Positions 9,324 to 18,542 of a stretch of 63,847 nucleotides of DNA are shown piece by piece (within the stretch, counting starts at the first letter, position 1; every line of letters begins with the position of its first letter). Location: assembly GCA_051960855.1 (NCBI GenBank), contig JBQCDV010000155.1:1-63847 (forward strand), read 5' to 3'. This DNA is from Actinomycetales bacterium. Its GTDB lineage: Bacteria > Actinomycetota > Actinomycetes > JAJZTN01. The notes below the pieces were generated by a model. The model saw nothing but the letters and a program-made list of their open reading frames with translations, did no database searches and was not told the DNA's origin. A program made the translations under genes and the position numbers.

Positions 9324-9386
9324 GTCCCAGACGCTATGGCCTCGGCCGCACGGGACCCTGGTGATTCCCCTGCTGCCGCCCGGCGG

Positions 9387-10559
9387 TCAGGCCGCCAGTG
9401 GCAGCCGGGCCTTGACCCGGAAGCCGCCGTCCTGCCCGACTCCCGCCTCGAGCGTCCCGCCGAAGAGGCTGACCCGCTCCTGCATCCCGACGAGCCCATG
9501 CCCCCCACCGCGCGGCAGCGGGACGCCGACGGCGGGACGAGCTCCGTCGTTCGTCACGTCGATCTCGAGGCTGTCTGCGCCCCAGCTGACGCGCGCCGTC
9601 ACGGGTGAGCCGGTGGCGTGCTTCGCGGCGTTGGTGAGGGACTCCTGGACGATGCGGTAGGCGGCGATGTCGAGGCCGGGTGGGATGGTGGCCGGCTCGC
9701 CCTCGACGACGAGCTCGACCGGCACGCCGGCGGCCCGAGCTTCCTCCACGAGCTGCGGCAGCTGCGCGATCCCGGGCTGCGGCTGGAGCGGGGACTCCTC
9801 GGTGTGGCGCAGCACGCCGAGCATGCGGCGCAGCTCAGCGAGGGCTTCTCGTCCCGTTGACTCAATGGTCGCCAGCGTCTGGGTGGTGGCGTCGTCCTCG
9901 GGGCGCACGCGGCGCTCGACCGAGGCCGCCAGCACCATCATCGAGACGTCGTGGGAGATGACGTCGTGCAGTTCGCGGGCAATGCGGGCGCGTTCCTCGG
10001 CGGCGGCACGCTCGACGGCCTCGAGTCGCTCGCGCTCGGCACGGGCCGCCTGCTCCTCCAGCGACTCCGCATGCCGGCGTATCCGGGCAAAGGCCAGGCC
10101 GATCCCGAAGGCGATCAGGACCATGAGGTTCGGCCCCGCGACATTGCCGATCGGCTTGCCCAGCAGCAGGGTCGGCAGGTCGCTGAGGATCCCGACGGCG
10201 ACGACGAGCACCGCGGCGCGCGCTGCACGCCCGTCGCAGTAGGCCGCCGCGGCGTAGACGATGAGGAGCAGCTCGATATACGGCACCAGGGGCGGCTGCA
10301 TGTCCATGGGGAACAGCAGGAAGATCCAAGCCGTCTGGGCGATCGCGAAGGCGACCAGCGCGGTCAGCGGTCGGCTGCGACGGAACGCCAGCGGCACCGA
10401 CGACGCGATGAGGAACGGCAGGTGCAGCCAGCGCGAGTGCGGATAGGTGCCCTGCAGCAGCCCGGTGGTGAGGTCGAGGAGGCCGAGCACCAGCAGGACC
10501 GCCGCGAGGACGGCGTCGACGACGTCGCGCCGCTGCATGCTCCGGAGGGCTGCCTTCAC
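9387..10559 (-). CDS. Membrane sensor histidine kinase (HisKA_3 type)
   Basis: Several TM helices; ERARIARELHDVISH (H box), YRIVQESLTNAAKHA (N box), GHGLVGMQERV (G box). Confidence 0.93.
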   Translation of the reverse strand: MKAALRSMQRRDVVDAVLAAVLLVLGLLDLTTGLLQGTYPHSRWLHLPFLIASSVPLAFRRSRPLTALVAFAIAQTAWIFLLFPMDMQPPLVPYIELLLIVYAAAAYCDGRAARAAVLVVAVGILSDLPTLLLGKPIGNVAGPNLMVLIAFGIGLAFARIRRHAESLEEQAARAERERLEAVERAAAEERARIARELHDVISHDVSMMVLAASVERRVRPEDDATTQTLATIESTGREALAELRRMLGVLRHTEESPLQPQPGIAQLPQLVEEARAAGVPVELVVEGEPATIPPGLDIAAYRIVQESLTNAAKHATGSPVTARVSWGADSLEIDVTNDGARPAVGVPLPRGGGHGLVGMQERVSLFGGTLEAGVGQDGGFRVKARLPLAA

Positions 10560-10739
10560 ACCAGCGACGGTAGGCCGGATCGCCCCGGCGCACCTCCACT
10601 TTGCGACGCGAATTTCCGCTCGGATCTCCCCCTCCGGGTGGAGATGCGGACTCCCGTCGGCTGAGGCGCTCGGTGGGTCGCCGCTCCTAGCGTCCCGGTC
10701 ACGACGCCGACACCCGTCGGCCGACCGAGAGGAACCGTC

Positions 10740-11168
10740 ATGTCCGCAGCTGTCGACACCACCACCGCCCCCACCTCCAGCCGGCTCGCCCGCCTCGCCC
10801 TGCTCGGTGCCGCCGGAGCAGCGGTCGTCATCGCGGCGGGCAACTACAACGTCCCCAAGGGCGAGAACGGTGGACTCGACGAGGCCATCCAGACCGCCAT
10901 CCTCTGCGCGATCGTGGCTGCCGGCGTCTTCGGGCTGGTGCTGCCGCGGGTGCACACCGGCCACCGGACGGCCGTGGTGCTCGGGGTCCTGACCATCCTC
11001 AGCGTGGCGGTCTTCTGGTCGGGCCTCACTCCGATCCTCGCCGCCGCAACCTGGGGCGCGAACGACGCACACCCTGCCGGCCGCGGCGTCGTCGTCCTCC
11101 GGTGGGTGGCGGCCGGGCTCGCAGCTCTCACCGTGATCTGGAGTGTCGCGACCAGCCACGTCTTCTGA
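10740..11168 (+). CDS. Small integral membrane protein
   Basis: ATG after GAGAGGA; about four hydrophobic helices in 142 aa; divergent from the kinase. Confidence 0.75.
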   Translation: MSAAVDTTTAPTSSRLARLALLGAAGAAVVIAAGNYNVPKGENGGLDEAIQTAILCAIVAAGVFGLVLPRVHTGHRTAVVLGVLTILSVAVFWSGLTPILAAATWGANDAHPAGRGVVVLRWVAAGLAALTVIWSVATSHVF

Positions 11169-11252
11169 GGGGTCTCGGGCCTCCCCAGCCCGGCTGCCCT
11201 CCCCAGACGGGCCGCCCTCCCCACCGCCGGCCGGTCCGCCGCGCGGACGGAA

Positions 11253-11305
11253 ATGGGTCACGTTCCGCAGTCTTCTGACAGCCAGAGGTGCGGAACGTGA
11301 CCCAT
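11253..11305. repeat. REP-like palindrome, copy 1
   Basis: ATGGGTCACGTTCCGCA-N19-TGCGGAACGTGACCCAT, perfect 17-bp arms, between convergent genes. Confidence 0.8.
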
Positions 11306-11324
11306 GTCCGCGCGCCCGGCCCCC

Positions 11325-12239
11325 TCAGACCCCGGGGCGCAGCTCGAAGTCCCAGGCGATGACGGCCGGCTGACCCGCCTTTGCGGCGTTGGCGGCCTCT
11401 CCGATCCACGGGTGCAGCGACCAGATGTCCGGCGGCTCGTCGGTCGGCAGGGCAGCCTCGTCGCCAGGGAGCACCGTCTGGGCGTCTCGGTAGGTCTCCT
11501 CACACGCGCGAACGACGAAGCCGTGCGGCAGCGCCGCGCGCAGGTAGTCGCCGGGCCGGTGGGAGTAGCCGGCGATGTGACCGATGCGGCCGTCGGACGC
11601 TTCCTTGATGAGGGGGTACCGGGTCGACCCGGTGAAGTGGCCCTGCGTATCCAGGACGACGAGGTGGCCACCGGGCCGCATGACACGGGCGGCCTCGGCG
11701 AAGAACGGGCGCAGGTCCGGCACGTGCGTGAGTGCGAGGCTGCAGACCACGTGGTCGACGTCGCCGTCGCCGACGGGCAGCGCCGTGAGGTCACCGACGA
11801 GGAACGTCGCCTCCGGCACGGCGCGGCGCGCCCGGGCCAGCATGGCCTCCGAGATGTCGACGCCGACGACGTCATGCCCTCGGTCGACCAGCTGCTGAGC
11901 CACTGCACCGGTGCCGCACGCGGCGTCGAGGGCGCGACCGGGAGGAAGCCAGTCGAGCATCGGCGTGAGCACCGAGTCCCGCATCGGGAAGCAGCCGTTG
12001 TCTTCGCCGTCGTAGGTCAGCGCCCAGCCGTCGTAGCCCTCGCTCACCGCCAGCGGCGGGACGTCCACCCCCGTGCCGAAGTCCTCCGCGCGGTCAAGCA
12101 GCTCCCGGATCTCGCGGATCCGCGCCCGGGTGAACTCGCGGTCATGCTCCCCCGCGAAGGCGCGCATCAGCGCGACGCCCTCGAGGCCCAGGAGATAGCC
12201 CAGCGGGTGCTGGTGGATCACACCACCCTCATCGCTCAC
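11325..12239 (-). CDS. Class I SAM-dependent methyltransferase
   Basis: ALDAACGTG motif I, VVGVDIS..ML, LVGDLTALP, RVMRPGG; start approximate. Confidence 0.9.
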   Translation of the reverse strand: MSDEGGVIHQHPLGYLLGLEGVALMRAFAGEHDREFTRARIREIRELLDRAEDFGTGVDVPPLAVSEGYDGWALTYDGEDNGCFPMRDSVLTPMLDWLPPGRALDAACGTGAVAQQLVDRGHDVVGVDISEAMLARARRAVPEATFLVGDLTALPVGDGDVDHVVCSLALTHVPDLRPFFAEAARVMRPGGHLVVLDTQGHFTGSTRYPLIKEASDGRIGHIAGYSHRPGDYLRAALPHGFVVRACEETYRDAQTVLPGDEAALPTDEPPDIWSLHPWIGEAANAAKAGQPAVIAWDFELRPGV

Positions 12240-12357
12240 AGGCCTGCACGTCCTTCCTTCTCGAGCGCACGCACGTGTGGCGCTCCTCACGCACGCAATT
12301 CAAGAGTTTCCGCCCGCGGGGCCAAACCGTGCCGTCGGCCGCCGCGAAGCCCTAGAC

Positions 12358-13971
12358 GTGACCGACGGACGCTCCCGCCACAGCCAGCGCTGGGGGCTTG
12401 TGGCCTCCGCTGCCGCAGGCATCCTGGCAGCCGGCGTCGGTCTCGGCGTCGCCGAGCTCGTGGCCGGACTCGTCGGACCACGCACCTCTCCGGTGCTCGC
12501 GGTCGGCGATGTCGCCATCACCCTCACGCCGGAGTGGCTCAAAGAGCTGGCCATCAGCCACTTCGGGACTCATGACAAGACCGCCCTGCTCGTCGGGATC
12601 GGCGTCGTCATCACCCTGTACGCCGCAGCAGTCGGGCTGCTCAGCCGCGTCCGTCTGGCCCTGGGCGTCGCCGGGGTGCTTCTCTTCGGCGGCCTGGGCG
12701 TGGCTGCCGCGATCTCCCGCCCCGAGGCCCCTTCGCTCGCCTGGCTGCCGGCGTCGGTCGCCGCCCTCGTCGCGGTCGCCGCTCTCGTGATCCTCAGCCG
12801 GCCGCTGCGTCAGCACGCGGGAGGCGCCGTCCGAGAATCAGACTCGGCCGCTGGTGAGCACGCGCAGGTCGACCGCCCCCAGCTCGACCGAGCTGAGCTC
12901 GACCGCCGAGGCTTCCTCACCGCGGCCGCCGCGACCGCGGGCGTGGCGGTCGTCAGCGCGGTCGGAGGCCGGCTGCTGCAGTCGCGAGCCGACGTCGCCA
13001 GCGCCCGCAAGGCCCTGGTGCTGCCGGAGCCGGCGTCACCTGCCATGCCGATTCCGCCGGCGGCCGACGTCTCCGAGCGGATCCCCGGGATCACACCGCT
13101 GGTCACCCCCAACTCGAACTTCTACCGCGTGGACACGGCACTCTCCCTGCCGCAGGTCGCGCCGGAGGACTACGAACTCACGTTGCGCGGCCGCTTCGCC
13201 AAGCCGCGCAGCTATCGACTCGAGGACCTGCTCGGGCGCGACGACCTCATCGAGCGCGTCATCACCCTGACCTGCGTCTCGAACGTCGTTGGCGGGGACC
13301 TCGCCGGCACCGCCACGTGGCTCGGGGTGCCACTGGCCGCCCTGCTCCGTGAGAACGGCATCGACGAGTCGTCGACCCAGCTGGTGTGCCGCTCCGTGGA
13401 CGGGATGACCATCGGCGCCTCGACCCGCGCTGCCCTCACGACGCCGGACGCCATGCTCGCCGTCGGCATGAACGGCAAGCCCCTGCCCGTGGCGCACGGC
13501 TTCCCGGTGCGCATGATTATCCCCGGCATCTACGGCTACGCCTCGGCCTGCAAATGGCTGACCAGCATCGAGGCGACGACGTTCGACGCCTACGACGCCT
13601 ACTGGGTGAAGCGGGGCTACAAGGCCGTCGCGCCCATCAAGGTGTCGTCGCGCATCGACACACCCGCGCCACTGCGCACCTTCCGCGCCGGTCCCAAGCC
13701 GATCGCCGGTGTCGCGTGGGCGCAGACCCATGGCATCAGGCGAGTCGAGGTGCAGATCGACGACGGCCCGTGGCAGGAGGCCGAACTCGCGCCGCAGGTC
13801 TCGGTCGATGTGTGGCGCCAGTGGTACCTCAGCCACGACTTCGAGCCCGGCCAGCACCAGATCACGGTCCGCGCGACCGACGGTGACGGCCACCGGCAGA
13901 CCCAGGAGCGCACCGGCGTCTACCCGGACGGCGCCACCGGCTGGCACTCCATTCGCGTCATCGCGACATGA
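12358..13971 (+). CDS. Membrane-anchored molybdopterin oxidoreductase (sulfite oxidase/MsrP-like)
   Basis: N-terminal TM bundle, internal RRGFL, TPNSNFYRVD, TLTCVSN (Mo-Cys), HGFPVRMIIPG.YG, KWL. Confidence 0.9.
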   Translation: MTDGRSRHSQRWGLVASAAAGILAAGVGLGVAELVAGLVGPRTSPVLAVGDVAITLTPEWLKELAISHFGTHDKTALLVGIGVVITLYAAAVGLLSRVRLALGVAGVLLFGGLGVAAAISRPEAPSLAWLPASVAALVAVAALVILSRPLRQHAGGAVRESDSAAGEHAQVDRPQLDRAELDRRGFLTAAAATAGVAVVSAVGGRLLQSRADVASARKALVLPEPASPAMPIPPAADVSERIPGITPLVTPNSNFYRVDTALSLPQVAPEDYELTLRGRFAKPRSYRLEDLLGRDDLIERVITLTCVSNVVGGDLAGTATWLGVPLAALLRENGIDESSTQLVCRSVDGMTIGASTRAALTTPDAMLAVGMNGKPLPVAHGFPVRMIIPGIYGYASACKWLTSIEATTFDAYDAYWVKRGYKAVAPIKVSSRIDTPAPLRTFRAGPKPIAGVAWAQTHGIRRVEVQIDDGPWQEAELAPQVSVDVWRQWYLSHDFEPGQHQITVRATDGDGHRQTQERTGVYPDGATGWHSIRVIAT

Positions 13972-14045
13972 ATCGTCCGGCTCCGGCCGGCGCACGACCC
14001 AACAGATCCGCCTCGTGTGAGGCACAACCGAAGGAGTAGTCCGAC

Positions 14046-14765
14046 ATGAAGCAGTCCATCGCGCGTCGCTCTGCCGTGCTCGCCATCGGCGGCGCACTGG
14101 CCCTCAGCCTCACCGCGTGCAGCAGCTCGTCGACCTCAGGCGACAGCAGCACCGGCACGGCCTCGTCCGCGCCGAGTGCGGCCGCGAGCAGCATGAGCAG
14201 CGCCCCCAGCACCATGAGCTCCGACAGCGCCTCTGCGAGCGCCAGCGCTTCCGGCGACGCCATGGCCGCGTCGGCGCCGTTCGGGCCTGGTTGCTCGGCA
14301 GTGCCCACCAGCGGTCCCGGCAGCTTCGAGGGGATGAGCACCGCACCGGTCGCGACCGCCGCGAGCAACAACCCGGTCCTGTCCACGCTGGTCACCGCTG
14401 TCAAGAAGGCGAACCTCGTCGACACCCTCAACTCCGCGAAGGACATCACCGTCATCGCGCCGGCCGACCCGGCCTTCAAGGCGATCCCGGACAGCGACTT
14501 GCAGGCCGTCCTCGCCGACAACAAGAAGCTGACGTCCATCCTCACGGCGCACGTGATCTCCGGGCGCCTCAGCCCCGACCAGCTGGCCGGCTCGCACCAG
14601 ACGCTCGGTGGCGGCACCGTGACCATCGACGGGTCGGGTCAGGACTTCACGATCGCGGGCAGCGAGACCATCACCGGCCAGCCCGCCCACGTGATCTGCG
14701 GCAACGTCCAGACCGCCAACGCCACGGTCTACATCGTCGACCAGGTGCTCAAGCCCAGCGCGTGA
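14046..14765 (+). CDS. Fasciclin-domain lipoprotein (MPB70/MPB83-like)
   Basis: Lipobox LSLTAC, Ser-rich linker, FGPGCS, LSTLVTAV, TVIAP.D.AF, CGNVQTANATVYIVDQVL. Confidence 0.92.
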   Translation: MKQSIARRSAVLAIGGALALSLTACSSSSTSGDSSTGTASSAPSAAASSMSSAPSTMSSDSASASASASGDAMAASAPFGPGCSAVPTSGPGSFEGMSTAPVATAASNNPVLSTLVTAVKKANLVDTLNSAKDITVIAPADPAFKAIPDSDLQAVLADNKKLTSILTAHVISGRLSPDQLAGSHQTLGGGTVTIDGSGQDFTIAGSETITGQPAHVICGNVQTANATVYIVDQVLKPSA

Positions 14766-14790
14766 CGATCGCTGGATGAGCTGACACGAC

Positions 14791-14823
14791 GTGAGGGGCG
14801 CCGCCGGTGGTGGTGCCCCTCAC
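14791..14823. terminator. GC-rich hairpin after the fasciclin gene
   Basis: GTGAGGGGCGCCGCC / GGTGGTGCCCCTCAC 15-bp stem (two G-U pairs). Confidence 0.6.
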
Positions 14824-14907
14824 GTGGTGCTTGGCGGTTTGGGCCGGCGGGGCGGACGGGCGGGTGAACGCGTGTTCCACTCGAGCTGTTGGTGCTCGGA
14901 AGGCCAT

Positions 14908-15016
14908 CTGTTGGATTTCCTGCACGCCAGGGCGTGTACCAGTTCCAACAGCTGCCGTCGGCAACGTGCACCAGCTCCAACAGCTGCCGTCAGCAACGTG
15001 CACGAGCTCCAACAGC
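14908..15016. repeat. 32-bp tandem repeat (about 2.6 copies) preceded by an inverted partial copy
   Basis: CCAACAGC at 14945, 14977 and 15009 (period 32); inverted CTGTTGGA at 14908. Confidence 0.8.
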
Positions 15017-15022
15017 CCCGAG

Positions 15023-16687
15023 TCAGCGGGTCCGGTGCGCCCGCAGGACGACGTCCTCGACGTGGTGGCTGGAGGCGGCGCCGGCAGGCCGCGCCCGCTT
15101 CTCGTGGACGTCGATGACCCAGCCCGGGTTGTCCTGAACTGCCGCGGCGAAGTCGTCGAGGTGGACGTACGCGTCGGGGTCAAACGCCATGTCGTGACCT
15201 CGGTGAGCGCGCATCGCCTCGGTGTCGTGACTGAGCACGACCAGGCTGCCACCGGGGGCAACCGCGTCGAGGATCGTCCGCACGCTGCGCAGGTCAGGTG
15301 TCCGCGGGATCGAGGCGTAGCAAGCGGAAACGAGGTCGAACGCCGCCTCGCCGAAGGGTTCGCGGCCGTTGGCATCGGCGGCCATACACGTGATGTCGAG
15401 ACCCCGCCTCGAGGCTTCCGCGCGCACCCGGTCCAGCGCACGCTCTGAGATGTCGCTCGCGGTGACCGTCCACCCTTGCTCGGCTAGCCACACCGCATCG
15501 CCACCCTCGCCGGCACCGACGTCGAGCGCACACGCCGGCGGTAGTACCGCGACCTCGACGACCAGTGAGCCGTTGGGATTGCCGCTCCACATCCGCTCAC
15601 CGGAGTAGCGCTCGTCCCAGTCGAGCTCGCCGTTCGAGGGCCGGGCCGCCTCCCGCGTGTCCTCCTCCGCGAGGCTGAAGGCGACGGCCCCGCCGACCTG
15701 GCTGCCCTGCGCGGCAGCGGGCAGCAGCTGCAGGCTCGGTTCGGTGACGTTGCCGGCGGCGTAGACGCCCTCGACGGAGGTGGCGCCGGTGGCGTCGGCC
15801 ACGAGGACCGAGCCGAGGCCGGTGCGATGGGGTTCGGACTGCAGGCCCAGTGCCGCGAAGGGCTCGAGCCGGGGCCGGAAACGAGGGCTCACCACGACCG
15901 CGTCGGCGGCCAGCGAGGAGCCGTCCGCCAGCTCCAGCGCGGCCAGCCGCCCGTCCTCATCCGTCACGACGCGGTGCACCGCGACAGTCCGGACGTCGAC
16001 GCCCGCGCCGGTGAGCCGGCCGAGCTCGTCCTGGTCGACCTCGACTCCCGGCTGCACGAGGACCGTCAGCCGTTCGGTGAGCTGACGGAACAGCGGCGCG
16101 GTGTGCAGCGCCAGTGGGTGCGTCACGAGCTGCACGATTCGCTGGTCGCGGACTTCATACCCGTGGCAGAACGGGCAGTGGATGACCTCGCGACCCCAGT
16201 GGTCGGCCAGCCCCGTGATGTCGGGCAGCTCGTCGGCGATTCCTGTCGCCACGATGACGCGGCGCGCGGAAACGGTGTGGCCGGCGGCGAGCTCGAGGAC
16301 GAACCGCTCGCCCCGCTGCGTCGTTCGTGCCCGTGGCAGCGCTGCCTGTGTCAGGTCTGCATGTGCCGGCTCTGCCCGTGTCACCGCCACCACCCGCCCC
16401 GCGACGACCTCAACGCCGTAGCCGCGTACTTCGGCGCGCGCGGCCTCAAGGAGTTGGGCCGGCGGCTGCCCGTCGCGGGTCAGGAAGCTGTGGAGATGCT
16501 CAGCAGCGGCGTTGCGAGGCTCGCCGCTGTCGATCACGATCACCGAACGGCGCTGCCGGGCGAGCTGCAGCGCGGCGGCCAGACCCCCGGCGGATCCTCC
16601 GACAACCGCAACGTCGCAGTGGCGGGTCACGGTGGGAGCAGGTGCGTGGGTCGTGCCGGCGGCAGTGGGAGCAGGTGTGTCGGTCAT
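15023..16687 (-). CDS. Fusion: thioredoxin-reductase-like FAD oxidoreductase + class I SAM methyltransferase
   Basis: VVGGSAGGL FAD motif, IVATG, HCPFCHGYE (CxxC), VYAAGN; C-terminal WDERY...ALDVGAGEGGDA. Confidence 0.9.
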   Translation of the reverse strand: MTDTPAPTAAGTTHAPAPTVTRHCDVAVVGGSAGGLAAALQLARQRRSVIVIDSGEPRNAAAEHLHSFLTRDGQPPAQLLEAARAEVRGYGVEVVAGRVVAVTRAEPAHADLTQAALPRARTTQRGERFVLELAAGHTVSARRVIVATGIADELPDITGLADHWGREVIHCPFCHGYEVRDQRIVQLVTHPLALHTAPLFRQLTERLTVLVQPGVEVDQDELGRLTGAGVDVRTVAVHRVVTDEDGRLAALELADGSSLAADAVVVSPRFRPRLEPFAALGLQSEPHRTGLGSVLVADATGATSVEGVYAAGNVTEPSLQLLPAAAQGSQVGGAVAFSLAEEDTREAARPSNGELDWDERYSGERMWSGNPNGSLVVEVAVLPPACALDVGAGEGGDAVWLAEQGWTVTASDISERALDRVRAEASRRGLDITCMAADANGREPFGEAAFDLVSACYASIPRTPDLRSVRTILDAVAPGGSLVVLSHDTEAMRAHRGHDMAFDPDAYVHLDDFAAAVQDNPGWVIDVHEKRARPAGAASSHHVEDVVLRAHRTR

Positions 16688-16754
16688 GTCAGCGACGGTA
16701 GGACGGATCAGGCTGGATGTGCCAGGCTCCTTGCAGGATTAGCAAGGAGGCGTC

Positions 16755-17318
16755 ATGACCGAGCTGGGCGACATCGAGCACGTCGTTCGCACCCGCCTGC
16801 GCAGCCTGCGCACGACACTCGGGCTCTCCCTTGACGAGCTAGCGGCGCGGACCAACCTCAGCCCGTCGACCATCAGCCGCATCGAGACCGGCAAGCGCAG
16901 CATCAGCCTGGATGTGTTGCTGCCCTTGGCTTCCGGACTACAGGTCGGCCTCGACGCCCTGCTTGACATGAGCGCCGACGAGGACGTCGTCATCCGCCCC
17001 ACTCCCGACCGCGGCGAAGGTCGCACGACCTGGTTGCTCAGCCGCCCGGGCGGCGGCACGGTCGCCCTCAAGATGCGGCTCGAACCGACGCGCTCCCCCG
17101 TCACTCCACGCGTGCATCCGGGGCACGATTGGCTGTTCGTGCTGTCGGGTCGAATCCGGTTGACTCTGGGCGGCCGCGAGATCATCGTCGCCGCCGGGGA
17201 GGCCGCGGAGTTCGCGACGATGACGCCGCACGCCTTCGCCGCGGTGGGGCGCCCGGCCGAGGTGCTCATGGTCTTTGACCGCGACGGCCAGCACGCTCAC
17301 GCACGCACCGGCGACTGA
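16755..17318 (+). CDS. XRE-family regulator with cupin sensor
   Basis: LRSLR...LSLDELA....S.STISRIETG HTH; HPGHDWLFVLSG...TPH cupin; divergent from the oxidoreductase fusion. Confidence 0.92.
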   Translation: MTELGDIEHVVRTRLRSLRTTLGLSLDELAARTNLSPSTISRIETGKRSISLDVLLPLASGLQVGLDALLDMSADEDVVIRPTPDRGEGRTTWLLSRPGGGTVALKMRLEPTRSPVTPRVHPGHDWLFVLSGRIRLTLGGREIIVAAGEAAEFATMTPHAFAAVGRPAEVLMVFDRDGQHAHARTGD

Positions 17319-17412
17319 CACCACCTCGAGGCACCACCACTACTGCTCCATTCGGGGAGCGGCGGCGGCGAAAGCCCGCGACAGATCGTGTCCGATCGGT
17401 ACCTTTCGCTCC

Positions 17413-18447
17413 ATGTGGCCCGACGCGCGTCTGCGATTCCCGGCCTTCCTGATCGGCATCGTCGCCGCCGTCCTCGCGATGACCGTGACGATGACGACCG
17501 CCCTTCCGGGTGCGACAGTGCCCGCGCGGGCGGCGACTTCGCCGGTCGTCTTCGGTCTCAATGACCACTGGTACTCCGACCTCACCGCGGACGACGCCCA
17601 GATCGGGCACGGCTACCGCTCCGGGGTCGTCGGGACGTTCCTGCCGTGGACGACGAAGCCGTCGTCGGTTCTCAACTACGCCACCTGGGCGCGCTCTCGC
17701 GGCGCCGTTCCGATGTTGGACCTCTATCCCCCGACCACGGTCACGCTCGCGCAGATCGCGTCGGGCTCCCAGGACGCCTACCTCCGACCGCTGGCGGCGT
17801 CGCTGAAGAGCTGGGGACACCCCTTCCTGTTCCGGCTGTTCCCGGAGATGAACGGGCTCTGGGAGAGCTACTCCCCCGGCGTCAACGGCCAGACGAGCGC
17901 CCAGTTCGTCGCGGCGTGGCGGCATGTCGTCGGCGTCTTCCACGCCGCCGGCGCCACCCAGGTGAAGTTCGTGTGGAACCCCGACCGACTGCAGACCAAG
18001 CAGCGCTACACCTTCGCGCAGCTGTGGCCGGGCGCGAGCTACGTCGACTGGGTGGGTCTGGACCTCTATGCCTGGCAGGACGCCACCCACGGGACGGTCG
18101 GGCCGTACTCGGTGGCGAAGGCCTCGGTCGACGCCGTCCGCGCCGTCGCTCCCACCAAGCCGCTCATGGTCCCCGAGGTCGGCGTCGCCCCCTACTGGAA
18201 CAAGCCCAGCTGGTTGGCCGACCATGTCAGCCTGCTCCGCTCCCTCGGCGTGAAGATCGTCGTCTACTTCAACGAGACCAAGGAGCGCAACTGGCGGGTC
18301 GACTCGGGCCCCAGCTCGTCGGCGAACCTCACCGGGCTGCGGAAGGCGCTCGCGCCCACCTCCGTGCTCTACGCCGGTCGCACCTGGCCGGGCTACTCCT
18401 CCTCGATGGCGGCCCTCGACCATCTGGTCGCTCACGGCTGGCTCTAG
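17413..18447 (+). CDS. Secreted glycoside hydrolase family 26 (beta-mannanase-like)
   Basis: Signal peptide; LFRLFPEMNG.W (acid/base), FVAAWRHVV, WNP, YPG-like WPGASYVDWVGLD.Y, PLMVPEVG (nucleophile). Confidence 0.85.
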   Translation: MWPDARLRFPAFLIGIVAAVLAMTVTMTTALPGATVPARAATSPVVFGLNDHWYSDLTADDAQIGHGYRSGVVGTFLPWTTKPSSVLNYATWARSRGAVPMLDLYPPTTVTLAQIASGSQDAYLRPLAASLKSWGHPFLFRLFPEMNGLWESYSPGVNGQTSAQFVAAWRHVVGVFHAAGATQVKFVWNPDRLQTKQRYTFAQLWPGASYVDWVGLDLYAWQDATHGTVGPYSVAKASVDAVRAVAPTKPLMVPEVGVAPYWNKPSWLADHVSLLRSLGVKIVVYFNETKERNWRVDSGPSSSANLTGLRKALAPTSVLYAGRTWPGYSSSMAALDHLVAHGWL

Positions 18448-18477
18448 GGCGGCGCAACCGCGTCCCCCCGGATGCCG

Positions 18478-18530
18478 ATGGGTCACGTGCCGCACCAACG
18501 TCGCGCCGGAAGCTACGGAACGTGACCCAT
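18478..18530. repeat. REP-like palindrome, copy 2
   Basis: ATGGGTCACGTGCCGCA-N19-TACGGAACGTGACCCAT; same arms and geometry as 11253-11305. Confidence 0.8.
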
Positions 18531-18542
18531 AAGCCGTTGCCG

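Noticed and set aside
12322-14032. SigK-like ECF promoters before the Mo-enzyme (CCAAACC-N16-CGAA) and fasciclin (CAGATCC-N19-CGAA) genes
   Set aside because: Spacers are inconsistent and there is no sigK/rskA in the window; suggestive only
14908-15016. Possible mini-CRISPR array
   Set aside because: The whole 32-bp unit repeats with no unique spacers, and there are no cas genes in the window
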